Positions 57,179 to 64,000 of a stretch of 64,000 bases of DNA are shown here, one piece after another. Positions within the stretch are counted from its first letter, which is position 1; every line of letters begins with the position of its first letter. The translations under genes were made by a program, and so were the position numbers. Source of the DNA: Patescibacteria group bacterium. GTDB lineage: Bacteria; Patescibacteriota; Patescibacteriia; XYB2-FULL-38-15. The DNA is taken from assembly GCA_041650995.1 (NCBI GenBank), contig JBAZJZ010000001.1, forward strand, positions 149,757 to 213,756, in the 5' to 3' direction. The notes under the pieces were generated by a model that had not been told where the DNA came from, did not search any database, and saw only the letters and a list, made by a program, of their open reading frames with translations.

Positions 57179-59323
57179 ATGAAACTTTTAGATAAATTTT
57201 TAGATACCATCGGCTTGGTTAGGAAATCTTTTACCACGCCATCGGCCTTGATCGCCGGGATGACAGGGTGGCTCTCCGGCGGCGGCATCAGTAAAGACGT
57301 GTTGATGGATTCAGGAAGGAACTGGGTTTATACCTGCATGCGCGCGATTGCCGAAGAGGTTGGGAAAATTGAATTGCGGCTCATCTCGATTAAAAAAGAT
57401 GGCACGGAAGAAGAAATTTTTGAACACGAGTTGCTGGATGTTATTTATAAGGCCAACAACTTCATGACAAAAAACGAACTCTTTGAGTTATTGTCAATGC
57501 ACTGGGATTTGGCCGGTAATGCATATTGGTTTATGGAAGGAGTAAATAAGCCGGGAGATCTGCCGACCGCTTTTTATCCTCTGAACCCAAAATATTTAAA
57601 AATTAAAAAAGGCAAGTGGCCGGTTCTGATTGAAAAATACGCGTACAAGGAACCGGATCAGCAGGGCGCGGAGTATGATCCTTTTAAAATTTTACATTTT
57701 CGGTTGCCAAATCCAAACAATTTAGCCGAGGGGCTGGGAACGGTTGAGGCGATTGCTGAATGGGTTGATGTTGAAAATTTTGCGACAAAGTGGAATCGCT
57801 TGTGGTTTTGGAATGGCGCGCGGCCGGATCTCGCCCTGACAACTGAGAATAATCTGACCGCCGACCAGCAGGAAATTTTGCGTACTTCATTTGAATCGGT
57901 CTACAAAGGCGTTGAGAACGCGCACAAAGTGGCGATCATGCCCAAGGGGACCGACCTTAAAGACATCAGCAAATCGCACAAGGACATGGATTTTACCGAG
58001 TTGGACCGGGTGTATCGCGATAAGATTTTGGCCGGCTTCAGAGTGCCGCGCACAGCGCTCGGAATTACCGATGATGTTAACCGCGCGAACGCCGAAGTGA
58101 CAAATTATGTTTTTGCTCTTCGCACAATCAAACCGCGCCTGCAGAGGATTGTTGATTATTTGAATGAATTTTTGGTGCCGCGATATGGCGAAAATATTTA
58201 TTTAACTTTCAAAGACCCGGTGCCGGAGAATAGAGAGCTCGAGCTCGAGGAAAATAAAGCGGCTCTGGGTGGTCAACCTTACAAGAGTGTTAATGAAGTT
58301 AGAGAAAATGATGGACTACCGGCGATTGAAAACGGCGACGCGGTCAGCACTAATTTCTCGCTTGTGCCACTTGGCAAACCGATTGAGAAGGCACAGCCGA
58401 AAAAGATTCAAATAAAAAAACGGCCGGGTCAAAGAAAAAAAGATGAGATTTTATCGGGAGTAGCATCGGCCGCGGCCAAGATGGTGACAGCAGAAATCAA
58501 GGCGGTGGTGGAGAAAAAATCTTTTAAGAATGAAGATTTAAAAAATGATGATCTGTGGGGTGCGGCCTGGAAATTATTTATTGGAAGAGTGACGCCTTAT
58601 GAAAAAGCGCTCAGGGAAGAGATTAAAAAATACAACGAAAAACAAAAAGAAAAAGTGTTGGCCGCCTTGTCCGGATTGGTTAAAGGAGTAAAGGCGATTA
58701 ATCCAAAAGATTTATTGAACGTGAAAGATGAGATTGGAGCGTTCATTAAACTTGCCACGCCAGTTTTGTTTGAATTATTTGGAAAAGAAGGCGAAGCGGC
58801 GCTGGCTTTAATCGGCGCGGATCAGGCCTTTGATTTCACTTCTCAAAAGGTCAAAGAAAAATTAAATGCGGCAATTAATCTCTTGGCCGAAAGCTATAAC
58901 GAAACGACGCTTGATTTGCTTAAAACAAAATTGAGTGAGGGGCTGGATGCCGGTGAGGGGCTGGATCAGCTAAAAGACAGAGTCTCAACGATCTACGAAT
59001 TCAGCGATGAATACCGGGCGGCGAGAGTAGCGCAAACGGAAACATTCAGGACCGGGAACGCGGCCACGCGCGAGGCGTGGAAACAATCCGGTGTGGTTAA
59101 AACCTTGAAATGGTACACGGCCGAGGATGAGCAAGTTTGTGAATTCTGCGGGCCGATGCACGACAAGACGGTCGGCGTAGAGGAAAAATGGTTTGACAGG
59201 GGAGAGGAAATCACCGGCGCGGATGGTGGGAAATTGAATGTTGATTATGTTGATATTGAAAATCCGCCGTTGCACGCCAACTGCCGCTGTTACATTCGTC
59301 CCGAGGAAATTTCAATTGAATAA
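57179..59323 (+). CDS. phage portal protein fused to MuF/SPP1-gp7-like head morphogenesis domain
   Basis: Start chosen at ATG 57179 (the track begins at a TTG at 57158). Portal-like N-terminal part. C-terminal AARVAQTETFRTGN...CEFCGPMHD...NPPLHANCRCYIRP MuF-family signature. Confidence 0.6.
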   Translation: MKLLDKFLDTIGLVRKSFTTPSALIAGMTGWLSGGGISKDVLMDSGRNWVYTCMRAIAEEVGKIELRLISIKKDGTEEEIFEHELLDVIYKANNFMTKNELFELLSMHWDLAGNAYWFMEGVNKPGDLPTAFYPLNPKYLKIKKGKWPVLIEKYAYKEPDQQGAEYDPFKILHFRLPNPNNLAEGLGTVEAIAEWVDVENFATKWNRLWFWNGARPDLALTTENNLTADQQEILRTSFESVYKGVENAHKVAIMPKGTDLKDISKSHKDMDFTELDRVYRDKILAGFRVPRTALGITDDVNRANAEVTNYVFALRTIKPRLQRIVDYLNEFLVPRYGENIYLTFKDPVPENRELELEENKAALGGQPYKSVNEVRENDGLPAIENGDAVSTNFSLVPLGKPIEKAQPKKIQIKKRPGQRKKDEILSGVASAAAKMVTAEIKAVVEKKSFKNEDLKNDDLWGAAWKLFIGRVTPYEKALREEIKKYNEKQKEKVLAALSGLVKGVKAINPKDLLNVKDEIGAFIKLATPVLFELFGKEGEAALALIGADQAFDFTSQKVKEKLNAAINLLAESYNETTLDLLKTKLSEGLDAGEGLDQLKDRVSTIYEFSDEYRAARVAQTETFRTGNAATREAWKQSGVVKTLKWYTAEDEQVCEFCGPMHDKTVGVEEKWFDRGEEITGADGGKLNVDYVDIENPPLHANCRCYIRPEEISIE

Positions 59324-59338
59324 TTAATTTAAAAATTT

Positions 59339-59623
59339 ATGTACCAAAAAAGCACACTTTACAACAAAACATTGACGCTCGCGGACACGGAGTATTCCCA
59401 AGCGCTGCCGACTGACACGAGAAAAGTTTTAATTAGTGAACGATCAGGCGGGGCTGATTTGAAACTGGCTTATGTTTCAGGGGAATCAGGTACAAAATTT
59501 ATTACCATTCGGGCCGGGAGTTCTAAATATCTTGAGGGAGTTTATTTGAGCGGGGTTACTCTCTATATGCAGAGCCCGACGGCCGGCGCGGTGATTGAGA
59601 TTGAGGTTTGGCAGGATCAATAA
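59339..59623 (+). CDS. hypothetical protein
   Basis: 94 aa, beta-rich. Confidence 0.35.
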   Translation: MYQKSTLYNKTLTLADTEYSQALPTDTRKVLISERSGGADLKLAYVSGESGTKFITIRAGSSKYLEGVYLSGVTLYMQSPTAGAVIEIEVWQDQ

Positions 59624-59648
59624 AATTTTAAAAATAATTTTATAAGCT

Positions 59649-61091
59649 ATGCAAAAACTTTTCAATTCAAAGTGGTTTAAAAGAATATCCATTGGCATTT
59701 TAGCCGTGGCTATTTTAATAATTCCACTCATTACGGCCGCGCAGATGGGCGGAGGTATCAGCGTGCCAAATTTCTTTAAGAGAGTAGGCAACGCCATAAA
59801 CCCGACAAACTCCTCCTGGACTCTCGGTTCTTCCGGCACACCTCTTGCCAACGGCTACTTCACGGCGCTCACCGCGGGCACGCTTACAATCTCTTCCACT
59901 GTCTCCGGCGACTTATCAGTGGGGGGCGTGATTAAGGCAAGTGCCGGCACCGCCGCCGCACCTTCCATAACTTTTACGGCCAATCCTGATACCGGATTTT
60001 ATTATAGTGCCGATACTATGGGCGTTGTTATAAACGGAACAATCGTTGGCAGTTTTACCGGATCAGGAGTACGAGCGACACAATTTATGAATACGGCGGC
60101 AGCTCACGTGTCCATTTTGGGCATGAACGCCGACGGAGCTACGGCTTATGCAACAAAAATTGGAAGCAATACGGCATTGACAACCGTCGGAGCAAAAATA
60201 GTTGGATTTTATAATGATGGATTTGTAACCGAAAAAGCGTACATTGATAAAGACGGCAATATGTATTTAGGCGGTGGGGCGATGATTGCCTTAACTTCAA
60301 ATACTGCGGCTTATTTCGCTGGAAACATAAGCAATGGTGCTTCTGCTATCGGAGTACAAATTGGAAATATAAACGCACTAAGCACGGCTGGAGCTAAGAT
60401 TGTAAGTTTTTACTCTGATAACAGAACAACTGAAAAAGCTTATGTAGATTATCTCGGTTCTTTCAATGCCGGTGCAGGGACTGCTTTATTGCCTGCTTAC
60501 TCGTTTGTTGCTGACCCGAATACTGGTATCTATTCGTATGGCGCTGACCAGATTGGATTTACTACAAACGGAGTTGCAAGAGCTTCATTAGACCAAACTG
60601 CTTTCTGGAATAGTACCTTTTATTCATTTGGTGCGGCGACCATTACAATGAAGGGTCAAGTTGCGGATGGAGCAAGTGCTGTTGGGGTTACTCTCGGTTC
60701 TTATGTATCCCAGACAACGGCAGGCGGAAAACTGTTATCTGTCGTAAACAACACGACGGAAAAGGCCTTTATAGACAAAGACGGCGCTTTCGGCTCGGTT
60801 CTCGGCGCGGCGACTATCGCGAACGCCGCTACTACTTTTGCGGCGCAAGGCAATGTAATGACCGTTACCGGCGATGCTGGCGGAAATACCGTGGCGACAA
60901 TTACGGCGGGCGTGGTCGGACAACGGCTCACGATGAAATTTGTTGACGCTTTGGTAACAATTACTGATACGGACGCGGCCACCGCGAACACAGTCAATTT
61001 AAGTGCGGCGTTTACTTCCACGGCGAACGACACGATGACGATTGTTTTTGACGGAAATAAATGGTTTGAAGTTTCTAGAGCGATTAATTAA
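59649..61091 (+). CDS. secreted Gly/Ala/Thr-rich repeat protein (3 x ~80-aa repeats ending TEKA(Y/F)(I/V)D..G)
   Basis: N-terminal signal/[22 protein letters not shown]. Repeats ...[24 protein letters not shown], ...[24 protein letters not shown], ...[22 protein letters not shown]. Confidence 0.5.
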   Translation: MQKLFNSKWFKRISIGILAVAILIIPLITAAQMGGGISVPNFFKRVGNAINPTNSSWTLGSSGTPLANGYFTALTAGTLTISSTVSGDLSVGGVIKASAGTAAAPSITFTANPDTGFYYSADTMGVVINGTIVGSFTGSGVRATQFMNTAAAHVSILGMNADGATAYATKIGSNTALTTVGAKIVGFYNDGFVTEKAYIDKDGNMYLGGGAMIALTSNTAAYFAGNISNGASAIGVQIGNINALSTAGAKIVSFYSDNRTTEKAYVDYLGSFNAGAGTALLPAYSFVADPNTGIYSYGADQIGFTTNGVARASLDQTAFWNSTFYSFGAATITMKGQVADGASAVGVTLGSYVSQTTAGGKLLSVVNNTTEKAFIDKDGAFGSVLGAATIANAATTFAAQGNVMTVTGDAGGNTVATITAGVVGQRLTMKFVDALVTITDTDAATANTVNLSAAFTSTANDTMTIVFDGNKWFEVSRAIN

Positions 61092-61660
61092 TGTTTCAAT
61101 CTTGGATTATGGAATTTGCGATGTTCGGCGCGAGACATTAATTGTAGATTTTCAAGCCGATTATCAAGTTTATTTCCATTATTATGGTGGACAATTTCCG
61201 AAGTAATGAGTTTTCTTTTTAGATGTTTTTCCATGATAAGCCGATGTTCGCTGACCCGTTTTCCTTTAATAGAAAAAACCTTATATCCTTTCACAAGAAA
61301 TCCACTTCCATCATTAATTAATTTTAGGGGATCACCGTGTCGTAAAAATCTATGATAATGCATTGCACAAAATCCATGAGAGCCACCCTTATAAGTATCA
61401 GAAATATTATTGCAATTTTCTATAATACATTTTTTGGGTATAGAGTGGAATTTACGGAGACAAGACATAGAGCAAAATTGTGTTTTTCGTTGTTCAGAAT
61501 GAAAAGTAATATGGCAAAATTTACATTCTTTATCTGGAACTTTATGATGAAGAAGTTTTATTGGATCACCATATCTTCTCCAACGAGTGTAATGCATTAG
61601 ACAAAAATCTTTGATAATTCTCGTCGTGTTGTGGCAATTCTTGATTGAGCAATGTTTCAT
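61088..61660 (-). CDS. HNH endonuclease with duplicated N-terminal Cys/His zinc-finger modules
   Basis: HNH core [25 protein letters not shown]. Two repeats C..NC.N...FC.MHY.R..R.GDP. Confidence 0.7.
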   Translation of the reverse strand: MKHCSIKNCHNTTRIIKDFCLMHYTRWRRYGDPIKLLHHKVPDKECKFCHITFHSEQRKTQFCSMSCLRKFHSIPKKCIIENCNNISDTYKGGSHGFCAMHYHRFLRHGDPLKLINDGSGFLVKGYKVFSIKGKRVSEHRLIMEKHLKRKLITSEIVHHNNGNKLDNRLENLQLMSRAEHRKFHNPRLKH

Positions 61661-61747
61661 AAAATTAAATAATTATTAATTATTTAATCATATCATAATT
61701 GCTATGAAATAACAAGAAGTGTCAATTAAATCTTAACTTTCAAAAAA

Positions 61748-61957
61748 ATGGACTCATCAAAAAAATCAATTCTCGTTGGATTTTCGTTGGGCATTATGGC
61801 CGCAATTTTGGGTTTTGGAATTTACTTTTTTATAGGATTGCGGACGCTCACAATTCAAAATGTTTCAGCCACAAATTATATTGTCAGTTTCTTGGCCAGT
61901 AAATATCCTGATTTTGGCCAGGCGCCGCAAGCGCAACCTACGCAACCGCAAGAGTAA
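61748..61957 (+). CDS. small membrane protein (holin-like candidate)
   Basis: 69 aa with TM ILVGFSLGIMAAILGFGIYFFIGL. Confidence 0.35.
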   Translation: MDSSKKSILVGFSLGIMAAILGFGIYFFIGLRTLTIQNVSATNYIVSFLASKYPDFGQAPQAQPTQPQE

Positions 61958-62008
61958 TCTGGGCAAAATAAATACAAACTGGGTAAATAATAATTAATTT
62001 AAAAAAGT

Positions 62009-62191
62009 ATGGACTACATCAAAAAACTTCTTAAATCAAAAACTGTCTGGGCTGGCATTGTCGCGGTCGTCACCGGCTTCGGGCTTTTTATGACCGGCGA
62101 GCAAGAACTTTCAGAATTTCTTTTTGGAGCGAGTGGCGTTCTTTCAATTATCTTGCGCTCGATGACTAATCAGCCGATTGAAAATAAATAG
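62009..62191 (+). CDS. small two-TM membrane protein (holin-like candidate)
   Basis: 60 aa. VWAGIVAVVTGFGLFMTG and GASGVLSIIL. Confidence 0.35.
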   Translation: MDYIKKLLKSKTVWAGIVAVVTGFGLFMTGEQELSEFLFGASGVLSIILRSMTNQPIENK

Positions 62192-62558
62192 TATGGAAAA
62201 TAAAGCAAAACAAATCGCTCTTGGCTTAGCACTGCTCGGCACTATGGTCGGCGGGGTTTTTACTTGGAACGAAGGAACGAGGCCTGAGCCGTTATCTTTT
62301 GAAGAGCAGGAAACACTACACAAAATATGGAATTACGAAATTGAAAAAGCGGGTGGGACGATCACACTGGAAAATACCACAGCAGATAATATCATCGTGA
62401 AAATTAACGAACGATTGTCCGACCCCTCTAAAGTGGAAACAAAAGATGTAAAACTGGACGGCGAAGAAGCGTTGACCGCTACGGAATACGAAACTTTAAA
62501 AGCTGGGTTGATGGATAAGGCCGAACAGAAGACAGCGATTGGCGAACTTTTACAATAA
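62178..62558 (+). CDS. membrane-anchored protein (spanin/antiholin-like candidate)
   Basis: 126 aa with N-terminal TM ALGLALLGTMVGGVF. Confidence 0.3.
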   Translation: MKINSMENKAKQIALGLALLGTMVGGVFTWNEGTRPEPLSFEEQETLHKIWNYEIEKAGGTITLENTTADNIIVKINERLSDPSKVETKDVKLDGEEALTATEYETLKAGLMDKAEQKTAIGELLQ

Positions 62559-62593
62559 CAACCAAAGGCGGCAGATAGAAAGAGAGGACGGAA

Positions 62594-62788
62594 ATGATGG
62601 TCTATGAGGTGTTCAAGTGTCCGCAGTGCAAGTGTGTCCATTCGTGCAAGTGGGGCGAGCAGATGAGCCGCTGTGCTACTTGCCCGCCCTCGGCGCAAGC
62701 GTCGTGTTCTATGCACGAAACGGCGACGAGGGTGTGGACTTATTGCGAAGACTGCAAGGGAGGTGACGGAAAGAAGGCAAGGCGATGA
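62594..62788 (+). CDS. small Cys-rich Zn-ribbon protein
   Basis: 64 aa. CPQCKCVHSCKW...CATCPPS...CEDCKGG. Confidence 0.4.
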   Translation: MMVYEVFKCPQCKCVHSCKWGEQMSRCATCPPSAQASCSMHETATRVWTYCEDCKGGDGKKARR

Positions 62789-62964
62789 ATATCCGCTACT
62801 GGGTTCGATCAAACTTGCGGTGTCCGCATTGCGACCGGAATCTCACGGAAATACTACTGGAAGATGATCCTCTCAATTACTACTGGTGTCAGCCGTGTCG
62901 CAAACTTTTTCGGCTTTCAAGAAATCCGAAGAAGTTGCTCTCGCTCGCACCGCCGAAGGAATGA
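62785..62964 (+). CDS. small Zn-ribbon protein (59 aa; CPHCDRN...CQPCRK), ATGA-coupled to the previous gene
   Basis: Read directly from the sequence. Not in the ORF track (<60 aa). Confidence 0.35.
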   Translation: MNIRYWVRSNLRCPHCDRNLTEILLEDDPLNYYWCQPCRKLFRLSRNPKKLLSLAPPKE

Positions 62965-63137
62965 GCAAACTCTGCCGCCATTCCTTTAATTCTTAAAAGA
63001 AAACTTATGAACAAAATTAAATGGTTAATCGTTAGTGTCGTTTTTTAGTCGGGATTTTTATTCAGGGGTTTGCCTGGAAGAATTACGAAACTTTTGACAA
63101 GGACTGGATACACAAAGGCGGCGTTGCTCACAGGGAA

Positions 63138-63503
63138 TTGAAGGTTGAAATTACAGCCGAGCCACAGAAAAACGAAACAGGGAGGGAGCAGATAGTGTTG
63201 GCGAATGGGAATTCCGAAATCAAAGATTATATCCGAAGTTTGTGGGGTGATGAAACAGAGAGGGCGTTTGAAATAGTGAATTGTGAGAGTGGCTGGAAAA
63301 CAGCAATTATCTCGCGGACAAATGATGTTGGGTTGTTTCAAATAAACCTCGCGGCTCACTGGGCGCAAATACCAGGGGAAGACAGAGCGGAAAAGATTTT
63401 ATGGCTTCAGAATTGGCGTAATAATGTTGAATTCGCCTATATGCTCTGGGCGGATCAGGGGTGGAGGCCGTGGGTATGCTCAAGAATTAAAAACTATTTA
63501 TGA
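63138..63503 (+). CDS. lytic transglycosylase / lysozyme-like (SLT-domain) putative endolysin
   Basis: SLT signature CESGW...TNDVGLFQIN (E-S...GLMQ pattern). Confidence 0.55.
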   Translation: MKVEITAEPQKNETGREQIVLANGNSEIKDYIRSLWGDETERAFEIVNCESGWKTAIISRTNDVGLFQINLAAHWAQIPGEDRAEKILWLQNWRNNVEFAYMLWADQGWRPWVCSRIKNYL

Positions 63504-64000
63504 TCCACTTTAATACTTACATACCGGAAAGAATCAAAAAGGGAAACGCCATTTATGAAATGATTTTTGGCGCAGGTGTGAAAACAGAGTCCTTTGACTG
63601 GTTAAAATATTTGCCGGATCGCGAGCGGCAGTGGTGGTTGCCTTTTTGTGTAGCGTTCAGCCGCCTGGACTGCGCCGAAGCGGTGGCGAGAAAAGCCGGA
63701 AAGACGCTTGATTTTTCAGATAGACGGCTCGCGGTTGAAAGCGGAACGAGTAAAAGAGGCAATACTCTTGATGCCGTCTCTGATTGTTTTCGTAAGAACG
63801 GCGTGGACAAAGAAGAAGATACTCCTTTAACAGCAAAGATGATAGCCGACGGCTGGAACGCCTGGGAAGCGATTAACAAGTTGCCTCGGGCCGGTGAAAG
63901 ATATTTTGGCGGGTCGCACTCTTGGGTATTAAGCAAGGCCGCGATGATAGACGCGCTTGATCATTCGCCGCTTCAAATCGCGGTCGGAGAGACGGACGCA
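63500..64000 (+). CDS. 3'-truncated ORF (>=167 aa), ATGA-coupled to the lysin; possible additional cell-wall hydrolase/peptidase
   Basis: Open frame from ATG 63500 to the window end. Not in the ORF track (no stop). Confidence 0.3.
   Translation, partial: MIHFNTYIPERIKKGNAIYEMIFGAGVKTESFDWLKYLPDRERQWWLPFCVAFSRLDCAEAVARKAGKTLDFSDRRLAVESGTSKRGNTLDAVSDCFRKNGVDKEEDTPLTAKMIADGWNAWEAINKLPRAGERYFGGSHSWVLSKAAMIDALDHSPLQIAVGETDA

Larger units (their letters stand above)
47515..64000 (+). mobile_element. phage-like region (prophage fragment or phage-derived island), continuing past the window end
   Basis: GC rises to ~42-60 %. Contains RecT/ERF-like, DnaQ-like exonuclease, RusA, ParB-MTase, TerS, TerL, portal-MuF fusion, HNH, holin-like + lytic transglycosylase genes and many small Zn-ribbon proteins. 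No integrase, capsid or tail genes within the window. Confidence 0.7.

Overview
Gene-dense, AT-rich (~35-40 % GC) bacterial chromosome segment. It uses the standard code, and TGA/TAA/TAG all appear as stops. Its style is that of a reduced-genome Patescibacteria/CPR-like organism: tiny intergenic gaps, ATGA/TAATG start-stop overlaps, a truncated AlaRS, and an RpoA without the alpha-CTD. Almost everything is on the + strand.

Contents in order:
1. Housekeeping block (truB, rlmN, tspO, a patatin, SpoU/RsmE methylases, hpf, a PfkB kinase, pduL-ackA, murJ, lepA).
2. A ~1.7 kb high-GC (~65 %) foreign cassette between lepA and recJ.
3. recJ, then rnhA preceded by a 63-bp duplicate of its own 5' end.
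4. A complete type IV pilus locus: pilM-N-O-(P?)-B-C, pilin, pilD, four pseudopilins and a PilX-like gene. It is headed by a 526-aa Cys-rich GW-repeat secreted protein.
5. ligA and gatCA, then three hypotheticals.
6. A membrane-anchored protein plus a VirD4/HerA-like ATPase with a C-terminal Zn-ribbon, downstream of an unusual AATTAC/GTAATT repeat array.
7. queH, a second small GC-rich ORFan cassette, mnmA and alaS.
8. The infA-rpmJ-rpsM-rpsK-rpsD-rpoA-rplQ operon and rplM-rpsI.
9. From ~47.5 kb to the window end, a phage-like region with higher GC. It carries a RecT-like protein, a DnaQ exonuclease, RusA, a ParB-methyltransferase fusion, TerS/TerL, a portal-MuF fusion, an HNH nuclease and a lysis module. 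A 32-bp palindromic operator+RBS module repeats in front of two of its early genes.

Three dispersed GC-elevated ORFans (6.1 kb, 13.8 kb, 39.7 kb) each carry their own consensus promoter, AGGAGG-type RBS and hairpin terminator. Together with the phage region they are the most anomalous content. No rRNA, tRNA or CRISPR array was found.
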